IMG/VR virus record: IMGVR_UViG_3300018475_000104
Coordinates: 1 to 64,000 of that record
DNA: 64,000 nucleotides
Source: a virus
Taxonomy: Duplodnaviria; Caudoviricetes
Strand: one strand, 5' to 3'
Position numbers and translations under genes: made by a program. Positions 40,108 to 51,315 of the stretch are shown piece after piece. Numbering within the stretch: the stretch's first letter is position 1; every line of letters starts with the position of its first letter. The notes under the pieces are model-generated. The model ran no database searches, was not told the origin of the DNA, and worked only from the letters and a program-made list of their open reading frames with translations.

Positions 40108-40686
40108 ATGGCTCATGTTGTAAAGTGTAGATGGTGTGGGAAACAATTTGACACCGAAAAAATAGAGCAAGATAAATGGATTATGCCCTCAAAGGGGCAA
40201 TATTATCATAGAGATTGTTATGAGGAGAAAATTCAACCTGGCGCAGTTAAGCCAACTACACAAGAGAACAAAGAAAATGAGTTCCAAACTTGGAGAGATA
40301 ATATTTTCGACCTCATACAACGAGACTTAAAAGGGAAGTGTGATTTCGCGCGAATTACACAAATGATGACAAGTTATAAAGCACAGCACAAAGATTGGAC
40401 TTATAAAGGAATGTACTATGCTTTAAGATGGTTTTATTTAATTAGGAAAAATGATTGGTCAAAAGCAAACGGCGCCATAGGCATACTTCCTTATATATAT
40501 TATGACGGGACAGAATATTGGAGACAAAGAGAACGAGAAGATATTGGTATTGTAAAACGAATTGAAGAGCAAATCACGCAAATGAAAGAAGTTCAAGTTA
40601 AAGAAATTGCTCGTTCTAATAAAAAGAAGAAACGTGGTGTTAAAACGGTTAGTTTTGAAGACATTGAAGGGATGGAAGAAGAATGA
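40108..40686 (+). CDS. Zn-finger replication protein (possible helicase loader)
   Basis: CRWC...YYH.DC, GILPYIY; upstream of DnaB. Confidence 0.55.
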   Translation: MAHVVKCRWCGKQFDTEKIEQDKWIMPSKGQYYHRDCYEEKIQPGAVKPTTQENKENEFQTWRDNIFDLIQRDLKGKCDFARITQMMTSYKAQHKDWTYKGMYYALRWFYLIRKNDWSKANGAIGILPYIYYDGTEYWRQREREDIGIVKRIEEQITQMKEVQVKEIARSNKKKKRGVKTVSFEDIEGMEEE

Positions 40687-42245
40687 TTGTTGATAAATAT
40701 ACGATTCAACAGGTTTTGGGGTCTCTTATCAAGCGGCCGCAGTATTTAAGCCAATCGGATAGATACAACCTTTCAGTTAATGATTTTACTTCTCGTTTTG
40801 AAAAGTATTTATATAATGCTATTGCAGAATTGTATAATCAAGGTTTGAAGAAGATTCAAATTAGTGATATTGAAAATTTTTTACAGGTAAACATTGCTGC
40901 TAAAAAATGCTTTGATGATAACCATGGTATTGAATATCTTCAAGACTTGGAAGAATATGCTGATGAAGATAACTTTGACTTTTATTATCGAAAGTTAAAG
41001 AAGTTAAATTTGCTGAGAGATTATGAGAAGATTGGTATTGATATCAGTGAATTTTATGAGAAAGATTTGACTAAGCCTCACGCGCTTGAAGTAAATGAAA
41101 AGTTTGAGTTGCTTACCACGCAGGAAATTACCGATTCAGTAAAGAAGAGATTACTGGGTATTGAAAGTAAGTATTTAAGAAATGATGCAACCGAGGTTGA
41201 AACAGCAGTAAGTGGTATTAGGGATTTAATTCAGACTTTTAAGAATAAGGAAGATGTCGGTGCACCCATCCAAGGTTTGATTATTAATGAAATACTTAGC
41301 GGTGCGCGAAAGGGTACTTTGTGTATTCGCTCTGCGGCGAGCGGTACGGGTAAAACAAGACAGGCAGTTGGAGATGCTTGTTTCTTAGCTTATCCAGTTC
41401 GATATAATTCGAATACTTGTAAGTGGGAACAAGAGGGAAATTGCGAAAAGATTTTGTTTATTGCGACCGAGCAAGATTTTGATGAAATTAGAAAAATGAT
41501 TTTGGCATATCTAACTGATATCAATGAAAGTAAATTTAGATATGGTGAATTTTCAGATAGAGAATTGAGAGTGTTGGAACAAGCAGTAAAGGTAATGGAA
41601 GAATATGAAGAAAATTTTCTGATTATTCGTATGCCAAATCCAACTATTGAATTAGTAAAGTTGTTAATTCGAGAAAATTGTCTTGTGAGAGATATTCAGT
41701 ATGTGTTTTATGACTATATCTTTATTGGTCCAGCACTACTTAATGAATTTAGAGGTTTTAATTTAAGAAATGATGAATTGCTGTTAATGTTTGCGACGGC
41801 GCTGAAAGATTTGGCAGTTGAATTAGATATTTTTGTTATGACTTCTACACAGGTTAATGCTAGTGCAGATGATAATAAAAATATTCGAAACGAAGCAAGT
41901 CTCGCAGGTGGCCGTTCAACTATTAACAAAGCAGATTACGGTCTGATTATGGCAAGGCCAACTAAAGAAGAATTAGAAACTTTAAAAAGTTTAACAGAAA
42001 GATGTGGTGTTGTTCCTAATGTTGTAACTGATGTATTCAAAGTGCGTAGTGGCAAGTGGACGCAAGTAAGAATTTGGTCATCTGTTGACTTGGGAACTTT
42101 AAAGAAAGAAGACTTGTTCATAACTGATTCTCGACTTGAGCCGATTGATGACTTCTGTTTGGAGTTTAGTTATACAATTAGTTTTGAAGAAGAAGAAGTT
42201 CAACGAATTAAACAGTTGTTAGAAAGGTTTAATCATGGATTATAA
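40683..42245 (+). CDS. DnaB-like replicative helicase
   Basis: SAASGTGKT, TEQ, FYDYI, STQVN, KAD, K.R.G. Confidence 0.9.
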   Translation: MIVDKYTIQQVLGSLIKRPQYLSQSDRYNLSVNDFTSRFEKYLYNAIAELYNQGLKKIQISDIENFLQVNIAAKKCFDDNHGIEYLQDLEEYADEDNFDFYYRKLKKLNLLRDYEKIGIDISEFYEKDLTKPHALEVNEKFELLTTQEITDSVKKRLLGIESKYLRNDATEVETAVSGIRDLIQTFKNKEDVGAPIQGLIINEILSGARKGTLCIRSAASGTGKTRQAVGDACFLAYPVRYNSNTCKWEQEGNCEKILFIATEQDFDEIRKMILAYLTDINESKFRYGEFSDRELRVLEQAVKVMEEYEENFLIIRMPNPTIELVKLLIRENCLVRDIQYVFYDYIFIGPALLNEFRGFNLRNDELLLMFATALKDLAVELDIFVMTSTQVNASADDNKNIRNEASLAGGRSTINKADYGLIMARPTKEELETLKSLTERCGVVPNVVTDVFKVRSGKWTQVRIWSSVDLGTLKKEDLFITDSRLEPIDDFCLEFSYTISFEEEEVQRIKQLLERFNHGL

Positions 42246-43287
42246 AGAGATAATTGATGGTCTGGAAACAAAATCTGTTATTGAATTAATGCAAAAACTT
42301 GGAGCAGATAGATATATTGAAAGACCTGGACAGGTTATCTTTCCCACGATTTGTCATAACGTAGACAGCGCCGAAGCCTCGATGAAATTGTATTACTACA
42401 CCAATAATAAAATTTTTATGTGTTATACTGAAGAAGGCGCAATGTCGATTTTTAAGTTTTTAAGAACTTATTATGAAACTCGTAATATTGAGTATGATTG
42501 GCATGAAGATATTTACAATGTAATTCTTGGTTGTAGTACAAGAAATTTGGTTGAAGGCTTCGCGCCGACTCCATATGTTTCCTTAAAGGACAGATATAGA
42601 AGTCAAAGACTTAAAAAGGAACTTGAAACAATTCCTACTGGTTTATTGGATATTTTTATTAAACATTATCCTGTTGAATGGTTGAATGATGGAATTACGA
42701 AATCTACAATGGATAAGTATAATATTCGTTATTCAATTAGTCAGAATAAGATAATTATTCCTCATTATGATGTAAAAGGAAATTTGGTAGGAATTCGAGG
42801 ACGCGCGCTGAATGAGTGGGAAGTAGAGAATGTGGGTAAGTATATGCCAGTTCAAATTGAAGGTAATTGGTATGCTCATTCACTTAGTATGAATCTTTAT
42901 GGGTTAAATGAAACAAAAGAAAATATTAAGCGATATGGTATTTGTTATGTTGGAGAGGCAGAGAAATTTTGTTTGCAGATGGATAAGTTTAGTATTCCAA
43001 ACTGCTCTTGCGCGGTGTGCGGTTCTAACTTTAACAAATATCATTTGAACTTGTTAATTAAACACTGCCATCCAAGAGAAATTGTGATTTGTTTTGACCA
43101 AGAAGAAAAAACTGGTGAAGATAAATATTTTAATAAGTTGTATAAGATGGCAGAGAAATATAAGAATTATTGTAAAATAAGTTTCATCTATGACAGAGAT
43201 GGACTTTTAAATTTAAAAGATTCTCCTACTGATAGAGGAGAAGAAACTTTTAGAAAACTATTAGAAAGAAGGGTTTTTGTAAGATGA
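42235..43287 (+). CDS. DNA primase (TOPRIM)
   Basis: TICHN Zn site, IIIPH...GIRGR, LYG, E.EK, FD.E, KDSP.D. Confidence 0.87.
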   Translation: MDYKEIIDGLETKSVIELMQKLGADRYIERPGQVIFPTICHNVDSAEASMKLYYYTNNKIFMCYTEEGAMSIFKFLRTYYETRNIEYDWHEDIYNVILGCSTRNLVEGFAPTPYVSLKDRYRSQRLKKELETIPTGLLDIFIKHYPVEWLNDGITKSTMDKYNIRYSISQNKIIIPHYDVKGNLVGIRGRALNEWEVENVGKYMPVQIEGNWYAHSLSMNLYGLNETKENIKRYGICYVGEAEKFCLQMDKFSIPNCSCAVCGSNFNKYHLNLLIKHCHPREIVICFDQEEKTGEDKYFNKLYKMAEKYKNYCKISFIYDRDGLLNLKDSPTDRGEETFRKLLERRVFVR

Positions 43288-45029
43288 AGTATATTCTAAC
43301 TAACAAAGAAATTAAGTCGAACTATGGTGCCGAGGTATTATATGCTCGTGGGGTAAAAGAAGTAGATGAATTCCTATATCCTTCTCCCGTCCAGCTTCAA
43401 GATGCTACGGCGCTTGACAATATTCAGAAGGCGGCGCGCATTGCGTATGATGTCGTAAAAGCAAATGGCCGTATTGCACTAATTGTAGACTGTGATGTGG
43501 ATGGCTATACATCTTCCGCGATTATCTATCAGTATCTAAATTGTCTAAATCCCGATTTGGAAATTGATTATTATCTTCACGAGGGAAAGCAGCACGGTCT
43601 TGAGGATATGATGGAAAATCTTGAAGGAAAGGACTATTCTCTTTTAATTATTCCCGATGCTGGCTCTAATGATAGTCACTATATTGATAAACTAAATATT
43701 CAAACTATTGTAATCGACCATCATATTTTGGAAGATGAAAGCACTACTCCTTTAATGACTTTGGTTAATAATCAAACTTCTCCTAATTACATCAACAAGA
43801 ATCTATCTGGCGCAGGCATGGCTTATCAGTTTTGTGTTGTTCTTGATAATGTGGCTGGTGTGAATTATGCCAATGAGTTTATTGACCTTGCCGCACTTGG
43901 AGTATGCGGCGATATGATGAGTGGTCTTGAGCCAGAAAACCAATATCTCTGGCGAGAAGGCTTTTCCAATGTAAAGAATTTTTTCTTCCAGACTTTAATG
44001 CGCAAGCAGGCTTATTCAATTACTGGTCAAGTCGCGCCTTCTGATAGAGAAATTATGGAAAAATTAACTCCTATTTCAGTTGCCTTTTATATTGTCCCTC
44101 TAATCAACGCAATGATTCGTGTTGGTACGATGGCAGAAAAGGAGCGTTTATTCTTGGCCTTTATTGATGGTGAACGCCTTGTTCCTTGTAACAAGCGTGG
44201 CGCAAAAGGCACAATGGAAAAGGTTGCGATTGAATCTACGCGCGAATGTACCAATGCTAAAAAGCATCAGGATGACCAAAAGAAAGATGTGGCCGAAGCT
44301 TTGGAGATTAAGATTCATAAGCATGGACTACTTGATAATAAGGTTTTGTTTATCCGACTTGATGATGATGACGTGTTCCCAAGTGAGTTAAATGGTTTGG
44401 TATGTATGCAGCTTTCTCAAAAGCATAAGCGTCCTACAATTCTTGCTCGACTAAATAATGAAGGTTTTATTCGTGGTAGTGCGCGCGGACTAAACAAAAG
44501 CGAAATTACGTCCTTTAAGGATTTTCTTGGCGAAAGTGGAATGTTTGAATATACTATAGGCCATGATAATGCCTTTGGTATTAGCATTTCAAACTCCAAG
44601 TTAAGCGACTTCCATAATTATGCAAATGAGAAGTTGGCTAATGTAAACTTTGGGGAAAATGTTTATGAAGTTCAATTTGTGCGGCGCGCTGTGGATGGAG
44701 ATATTGCTGATATTACTTTTGACCTTGATAAGTACAATAAAGTTTGGAGTCAGCAGAATGATACTCCTCTAATTGTTGTAAAAGATATCTTTGTAAATAA
44801 GGAAGATATTAAAGTAATTGGTAAGAATAAAGATACGATTCGTTTTGAGAAGAATGGTATTACATATATCAAATTCTTTGGTAAGGCGCTAATTGAACAG
44901 CTTCAGCAATATGATGAAATGAAGATTGATGTTGTTGGAAAGACAGCCGTTAATAATTGGCAAGGAAGAACGACTCCCCAAATTTTAATAGAAGACCTTG
45001 AAGTTGAAGATGCTAGACTTGCTTTCTAA
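43284..45029 (+). CDS. recJ: RecJ-like DHH/DHHA1 ssDNA exonuclease
   Basis: DCDVDG, IDHH, SGAG, GSARG, GH.NAFG. Confidence 0.9.
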   Translation: MKYILTNKEIKSNYGAEVLYARGVKEVDEFLYPSPVQLQDATALDNIQKAARIAYDVVKANGRIALIVDCDVDGYTSSAIIYQYLNCLNPDLEIDYYLHEGKQHGLEDMMENLEGKDYSLLIIPDAGSNDSHYIDKLNIQTIVIDHHILEDESTTPLMTLVNNQTSPNYINKNLSGAGMAYQFCVVLDNVAGVNYANEFIDLAALGVCGDMMSGLEPENQYLWREGFSNVKNFFFQTLMRKQAYSITGQVAPSDREIMEKLTPISVAFYIVPLINAMIRVGTMAEKERLFLAFIDGERLVPCNKRGAKGTMEKVAIESTRECTNAKKHQDDQKKDVAEALEIKIHKHGLLDNKVLFIRLDDDDVFPSELNGLVCMQLSQKHKRPTILARLNNEGFIRGSARGLNKSEITSFKDFLGESGMFEYTIGHDNAFGISISNSKLSDFHNYANEKLANVNFGENVYEVQFVRRAVDGDIADITFDLDKYNKVWSQQNDTPLIVVKDIFVNKEDIKVIGKNKDTIRFEKNGITYIKFFGKALIEQLQQYDEMKIDVVGKTAVNNWQGRTTPQILIEDLEVEDARLAF

Positions 45030-45146
45030 ACTTGATATTTCTAAAAATTTATGATATAATATTTATATAAAGTGGATGAGATTTATGGAGATTTTATCAT
45101 TTTATTTTACTTGTAATTAGAATGAAATGGTAAAAGAGGTGCAAAG

Positions 45147-45998
45147 ATGTTCATTTATAAAGCAATAAGCAAAACAACTGGTAAAGTTTATATTGGTCAA
45201 AGTTCTCAAACTTTACAAGAAAGAATTAATCAACATAACTCTCATGCTTATGGTTCACAATATAATTATCACTTTCATAATGCAATTCGTAAGTATGGCG
45301 CAGAAGATTTTAACTATGAAATAATTGAAGACAACATAACAGATGCCGCTACTTTAAATGAGAGAGAAAGATTTTGGATTAAATACTACGATTCTTACTA
45401 TAATGGGTATAATTCAACTTTGGGTGGTGACGGACATCAAACCAGAGATGATGAATTAATTATTAAATTATTTAACGAAGGGAAAACTACCAAAGAAATA
45501 TCTGAAATTACTGGATATAACAGAGGGACTATTTATAAAAGTTATAAAATAAATAATAAGACTAATGAAAATAATAAACGAAAAAATGAACAAACCAAAA
45601 TAAGATGTTCTCGTCCAGTTGAGCAATATGACTTACAAGGTAATTTTATAAAACTTTGGGAATCTGCTTCGGAATGCGGCAGAACTTTTGGAAACGAATC
45701 TTTTATTAGTGCTATTTGTAGATAGGAAGAAAACATTATTACTGCTTATGGTTATTTATTTAAATATGCAGACGACCCTTAGGATATTAAAATATGGGTT
45801 GAAAGAGTGGCAAATAAAAAAAATGGTGGAAAACCAAAAAAACAAATAGGGCAATATGATTTAAATTGGAATCTAATTTCTGTTTATAATTCTGGGGCTG
45901 ACGCTGCAAAGGCTCTAGGGAAAAATGACAAAAGCAATATTTGCGCGGCAGCGAGAAAGGAAGGTAAAGCATATGGATTCTTATGGAAATACGAATAA
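45147..45998 (+). CDS. Free-standing GIY-YIG homing endonuclease with two NUMOD1 repeats (2 in-frame TAG)
   Basis: FIY...YIGQ; QYDL.GNFI..W.S..E twice; TAGs at 45723 and 45780 join ORFs. Confidence 0.87.
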
Positions 45999-48900
45999 TA
46001 AAAGTGGCTATCCAGGAAGTCTTCACAACCACACTGATTTTTCAAATTTGAGACTTCGGGATTGCATAATTAAGGTCGAAGATTTACTATGGCACGCCGC
46101 GAAACTTGGACATGAAGTAGTCGGAATTACTGACCACGATAGTTTAAGTTGTCACATAAAAGCAGAAAAAATATACAAAAAGGTAAAAGAAAAATATCCT
46201 AATTTTAAGATGATTAGAGGCAATGAAATTTATCTCGTCCGAAATGGTTTGAATGCTGATAATTTTAATAGAGACTTTGACAAATATTATCATTTTTGCT
46301 TGTATGCAAAAGACGCCACCGGGCACCAGCAAATTCGAGAAATCTCAACTCGTGCGTGGAATCGTTCTTACATGGCGCGCGGTATGCGTCGAGTTCCTAC
46401 ATACTATCAAGACCTGATTGATATTATTGGAGCGAATCCTGGACACGTTATTGGTTCCACGGCTTGTCTTGGTGGCGCGCTTGCGACTCAGTTAATGAAA
46501 TTTCAAGTCCTTTCAAGAGGTACCGGAAAGATCGAAGCTGCTTTAAATTTAAAGGAAAAAATTATTTCTTGGTGTAATCAAATGAAGAATCTCTTCGGAG
46601 AGGGTAATTTCTTCTTTGAACTTCAACCTTCTGAAAGTCATGAGCAGACTTATGTAAATAGACAGTTAATTGGTTTGTCTATTTTGCTTGATATCCCCTA
46701 TATTATCACCACTGATAGTCACTACTTGAAAAAGGAAGATGCCGATGTTCATGCGGCTTTTCTTAACGCGCAAGATGGTGATCGAGAAGTTAAGTCTTTC
46801 TATGCTACGACTTATATGATGAGTACAGAAGAACTTGAAAGTCATATGGATTTAACAGAAGAAGAACTCGAAAAGGCTTATGATAATATTCGCGCAATTA
46901 AGGATATGTGTGAAGATTATAGTTTAATGAAGCCTTTAAAGATTCCCCAACTTCCTTGGAGAGATTTAGGTTCTTATCAAATCGACCAAAGAACATGGTG
47001 TAAACGAATTCCCTATCTCGATAAGTTTTGGAGTTCAGAGTATGAAGGAGATAAGGAGCTTGCTGATGCAATTTGTTTAAAACTAATGGAAGATGAAAGA
47101 CTCCATGATTTTAAGATTTATGATGCAATCAATGAATGTCTTGAAATGACTTGGATTTCTTCGGAAGTAAATAAAACTCATTGGTCAGCATATTATCTAA
47201 ATCTCCAAAAGATTATTGAGGAATGTTGGAACGCAGGAACACTCGTAGGATGCGGGCGCGGTTCTGGTGTAGGTTTCATTTTGTTGTATTTGCTTGGTAT
47301 CACTCAAATAAATCCTCAATGGGAGACAACTCAAACTTTTGCTTGGCGTTTCCTTAACCCAGATCGTGTATCTGTACTGGACGTTGACGTAGACATTGAG
47401 GGCGGCCGTCGTGGTCAGGTTTTGAATCATCTGCGCCAAGTGTATGGTAATGACCGAGTAGCAAACGTAACCACTTTCGGCACTGAAAAAGCAAAAAGTG
47501 CAATTCAAACAGCTTGTCGTGGTTTAGGTATTGATGTAGATATTGCTCAGTATTTGAGTTCGATGATTGCGGCAGATCGTGGTCTTCAGCGTAGTTTGAA
47601 GCAAACTTTCTATGGCGATGAAGAAAATGATTTTCTACCTAATAAACAGTTCGTTTATGAAATGACAGAAAATTATCCCGAAGTTTGGGCAATCGCGCAG
47701 AAGATTGAAGGACTTGTATGTCGAAGTGGTATTCACGCGGGCGGTGTGATTTTCGTTGATGAACCTTTCACAAACTCAACTGCTCTAATGCGCGCGCCAG
47801 ATGGAACTTTGGTTACACAGTATGACCTTCACGATTGCGAAGATGTATCACTAATTAAATATGACTTGCTTTCTGTTGAAGCATTGGATAAGATGCATAT
47901 TTGTCTTGACTTGTTGGTTCAGGATGGATATATTAAACCAGAAACAAGCCTAAAAGAAACTTACGAAAAAGTAATTGGTATCTACAACCTTGAAAGAGAA
48001 GATAAGAAGATGTGGAAAATGGTTTGGAACCATCAAATTTCTTCTCTGTTTCAAATGGAGAAGCAATCTGGTATTCAAGGAGTTGCTTTGGTTAGACCGG
48101 AAAGTGTTGATGACTTGGCAACTCTAAACTCTGTAATTCGTCTAATGGCGCAGGAGAAGGGCGCTGAACAACCACTAAATAAATTTGCTCGTTTCAAAGC
48201 AGATATTAGTTTGTGGTATGACGAGATGGCGCGATATGGTTTAACAGAAGATGAAATGAAGATTCTTGAACCGATTATAAAACTTTCTTATGGCATTTGT
48301 GAAAGCCAGGAAGGATTCATGCAGTTGGTTCAGATGCCAGAATGTGGTGGATTTGACTTGTCTTGGGCAGATAGACTTCGTAAGTCTATTGCAAAGAAGA
48401 ATCCTGCAGATTATGAAAAACTTCAAACTGAATACTTTGCGCGAGTCGAAGAAAAAGGTTTGAGCAAGAGACTTTGTAATTATGTGTGGAATGTTCTGGT
48501 AGCAACGAGTAGAGGTTATGGTTTTAATAAGAGCCATACTCTTGCTTATTCATTGATTGCGCTTCAAGAAATGAATCTAGCTTTCCATTATCCAGTTATT
48601 TACTGGAACACCGCTTGTTTGATTTCTGATAGCGGCGGTGCCGAAAGAGATGATTCTGAACTTAGTGAAGATGAAGAAAGAGAAGATTTATGGTTTGTTG
48701 AAGCAGAAAGTGTTGTTGAAGAGTTTGTAGAAGAAGATGATGAAGAAGATGAAGAGGATGAAGAAGAAGTTACTGTAAAAAAGAAAAAGAAAACTCGTTC
48801 AGCAAACTATGGTAAAATTGCTAGCGCGATTGGTAAAATGAAATCGGAAGGCGTTGAGATTGTATCTCCCAACATTAATAAGTCGTCTTTCACTTTCTCT

Positions 48901-50004
48901 CCTGACGCGGAAACAAATACGATTCGTTTTGGTTTGAGTGGTATCACACGAATTGGCGAAGAGCTAATTCAAAATATCATTGAGAATAGACCTTATGAGT
49001 CTGTAGAGGACTTCTTAAAGAGAGTTAAAATCAATAAACCTCAAATGGTTAATCTGATTAAAGCGGGCGCATTTGATGATTTTGGTGATAGGTTTGGTTT
49101 GATGGTAAAGTATATTGAATCTATCAGTGATAAGAAAAATCGAATCACTTTACAGAATATGAAAATGCTAATTGATTTTGGTTTGATTCCCGATGAATTT
49201 GACCTTGAGCGCCGTGTATATAATTTTAATAAGTATTTGAAGAAGTTTAAGTTTGAGAAATATTATCTGTTAGATAATATTGCTCTTGGATTCTTTGATA
49301 AACACTTCGATATTGATATACTTGTCCCAACGGATAAAGTTGAAACTGGTTTAATGATTGAACAAGTTAAATGGGATAAGATTTATCAAAAACATATGGA
49401 TATTGTTCGTCCTTATGTTAAAACTCACAATCAAGAACTGCTTGAGGCAGTGAACTCAAAGTTGGTTAAGGATATGTGGGATAAGTATTGTAAGGGTAAT
49501 ATCAGTAAATGGGAAATGGATAGCGTTTCTTGTTATTTCCATGAACATGAACTTGCTGATGTTGAGGAATATTATTTCGATTGTGTAGACTTTAATGAGT
49601 TGAGCGAACAGCCCGAAGTTGATTCTGTATTTACGATTAAGGGCAAACAAGTTCCTATTTTTAAAATTTATCGTATTATGGGAACAATTTTGGATAAAGA
49701 TAAGGCAAAGAAAACAGTAACCTTATTAACAAATACTGGTGTTGTAACTGTAAAGATTTATGGTGATGTTTATTCTCACTATGATAAGCAGGTGTCTGAG
49801 AAGAATGTGGCAACTGGTAAGAAAAAGGTTATTGAAAAGTCTTGGTTCACAAGAGGTAATAAGATTATCGTAACTGGTATTCGGCGCGATGATATGTTCA
49901 TGGCGAAGAAATATTCGAGAACTCCTTATCATCTTGTAGAATTAATTACTGAGGTTAAGGGTGAGAGAATTATGACTCGTGGAGAAAGAACTGAAGTGGT
50001 ATGA
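45973..50004 (+). CDS. dnaE: DNA polymerase III alpha subunit
   Basis: SLHNHT PHP domain, GRGSG, D.DVD, HAGG, KYDLL, Y.FNKSH; likely start at 45973 after AAGGT. Confidence 0.95.
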   Translation: MDSYGNTNNKSGYPGSLHNHTDFSNLRLRDCIIKVEDLLWHAAKLGHEVVGITDHDSLSCHIKAEKIYKKVKEKYPNFKMIRGNEIYLVRNGLNADNFNRDFDKYYHFCLYAKDATGHQQIREISTRAWNRSYMARGMRRVPTYYQDLIDIIGANPGHVIGSTACLGGALATQLMKFQVLSRGTGKIEAALNLKEKIISWCNQMKNLFGEGNFFFELQPSESHEQTYVNRQLIGLSILLDIPYIITTDSHYLKKEDADVHAAFLNAQDGDREVKSFYATTYMMSTEELESHMDLTEEELEKAYDNIRAIKDMCEDYSLMKPLKIPQLPWRDLGSYQIDQRTWCKRIPYLDKFWSSEYEGDKELADAICLKLMEDERLHDFKIYDAINECLEMTWISSEVNKTHWSAYYLNLQKIIEECWNAGTLVGCGRGSGVGFILLYLLGITQINPQWETTQTFAWRFLNPDRVSVLDVDVDIEGGRRGQVLNHLRQVYGNDRVANVTTFGTEKAKSAIQTACRGLGIDVDIAQYLSSMIAADRGLQRSLKQTFYGDEENDFLPNKQFVYEMTENYPEVWAIAQKIEGLVCRSGIHAGGVIFVDEPFTNSTALMRAPDGTLVTQYDLHDCEDVSLIKYDLLSVEALDKMHICLDLLVQDGYIKPETSLKETYEKVIGIYNLEREDKKMWKMVWNHQISSLFQMEKQSGIQGVALVRPESVDDLATLNSVIRLMAQEKGAEQPLNKFARFKADISLWYDEMARYGLTEDEMKILEPIIKLSYGICESQEGFMQLVQMPECGGFDLSWADRLRKSIAKKNPADYEKLQTEYFARVEEKGLSKRLCNYVWNVLVATSRGYGFNKSHTLAYSLIALQEMNLAFHYPVIYWNTACLISDSGGAERDDSELSEDEEREDLWFVEAESVVEEFVEEDDEEDEEDEEEVTVKKKKKTRSANYGKIASAIGKMKSEGVEIVSPNINKSSFTFSPDAETNTIRFGLSGITRIGEELIQNIIENRPYESVEDFLKRVKINKPQMVNLIKAGAFDDFGDRFGLMVKYIESISDKKNRITLQNMKMLIDFGLIPDEFDLERRVYNFNKYLKKFKFEKYYLLDNIALGFFDKHFDIDILVPTDKVETGLMIEQVKWDKIYQKHMDIVRPYVKTHNQELLEAVNSKLVKDMWDKYCKGNISKWEMDSVSCYFHEHELADVEEYYFDCVDFNELSEQPEVDSVFTIKGKQVPIFKIYRIMGTILDKDKAKKTVTLLTNTGVVTVKIYGDVYSHYDKQVSEKNVATGKKKVIEKSWFTRGNKIIVTGIRRDDMFMAKKYSRTPYHLVELITEVKGERIMTRGERTEVV

Positions 50005-51134
50005 GTATTGGGCTATATGATATTGATTTTATGACTTATATTCATGTTCCTTTCAATCTCACCCTAATGAAACTCGCGGCTTATTACAAAAAGAAAAGAG
50101 AAGTAGTAGTTCTGGCTCCTTATTTGGAGCCAGAGCGATATCAAAAGATGTATGTGGTTAAGGACTATTTTGATGGAAATTTTGATAGAAGAATTCTTGA
50201 ATCAAATGTAATATATAGTGGTCATGCGTTTACAAAAGACTTTTACAGCGCGATGGCGCCGGAAATTGAGATAATGAAACCAGATAAATATCTTTATCAC
50301 AAGTATGATAAAATGTTTTGTATTAACAAGTCAAAAGAGTCTTTATTTAAAACAATGACCAATGCAGAACATATACGACTTTCACTTGATAATAAAACAA
50401 TTTGGCCTGGTTATAAAAAAACTTATTCTTTTTCTCCTACAACGCGCGCCGTCATCTTTCATGATTATAATATAGCCTCTTTAGAAAATGGATATGAGAC
50501 TGTGAAAGAAATTATTTCTGAAATGAATCAAAATTGGTTTCATGGGCCATTACTCGGCGCGAAGTTCCCAATTCAAGTTTCAACACCAGAAGATTTATTT
50601 AATTGGATGGATTTTAAAGCCATGGACATCTTTTATAATATTCAGTATAATAATTTAATGAGCGATGAACTTGTTAATGAAACTGTGCAAAGATTTCCAA
50701 TGAATAGTAAAAAGATGTGGTATAATGTAACCTCGACATCATACAACGAGAACCATTTTTCAAAAGAAGTCTTACCAAAAATTTTTCGTCAGGCTTTATT
50801 TTTTCGGACTCACCATATACCAATCCTACTTAAATATGACGATAATTTTTTCAAAGACGAAAGATGGGAACGAGTTATTAAATTGATAAATGGTTATGTC
50901 TCAATGAATAACAGAGCGCCAAAGAAAGAAGGCTTTAGAGATTTCAGTAGAACTTTTACAATGTTTAGATATGTAACTTCAAAAAATCTTGTAGAAGCAC
51001 CTTCCAGTGATTGGACAATTGAAGAGTTAAGAGATTTATTCCAATTCGTCAGAGAAGAAAGTTATGAAACATTTAAAATGTTTTATGAATCATGTTTAAT
51101 GGAATATAAAGGAGGAAAAATTAATGACATCTAA
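50001..51134 (+). CDS. Hypothetical protein (degenerate radical-SAM-associated N-terminus)
   Basis: IGL.D.D...FNL.LMKL..Y.K; no CxxxCxxC motif. Confidence 0.45.
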   Translation: MSIGLYDIDFMTYIHVPFNLTLMKLAAYYKKKREVVVLAPYLEPERYQKMYVVKDYFDGNFDRRILESNVIYSGHAFTKDFYSAMAPEIEIMKPDKYLYHKYDKMFCINKSKESLFKTMTNAEHIRLSLDNKTIWPGYKKTYSFSPTTRAVIFHDYNIASLENGYETVKEIISEMNQNWFHGPLLGAKFPIQVSTPEDLFNWMDFKAMDIFYNIQYNNLMSDELVNETVQRFPMNSKKMWYNVTSTSYNENHFSKEVLPKIFRQALFFRTHHIPILLKYDDNFFKDERWERVIKLINGYVSMNNRAPKKEGFRDFSRTFTMFRYVTSKNLVEAPSSDWTIEELRDLFQFVREESYETFKMFYESCLMEYKGGKINDI

Positions 51135-51315
51135 AGAAATTAAAGAGAAAATTGATTTTAACAATAAACTCATTAGAGATATGTTTAATCCTAATCAATT
51201 TACTTTAAATAACACGGTGCGCGAACTTCTTGAAGAGAATGCGCGGCTCCAAGAAAAATGCGAACATAAATATGCTGATGGTTATTGTGTTTATTGCTAC
51301 AAGGAGAAGAAATAA
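51124..51315 (+). CDS. Small Zn-ribbon protein
   Basis: CEH...CVYC. Confidence 0.6.
   Translation: MTSKEIKEKIDFNNKLIRDMFNPNQFTLNNTVRELLEENARLQEKCEHKYADGYCVYCYKEKK

Noticed and set aside
48640-48795. Intein in DnaE
   Set aside because: No splice-junction residues; the insert is short and low-complexity.
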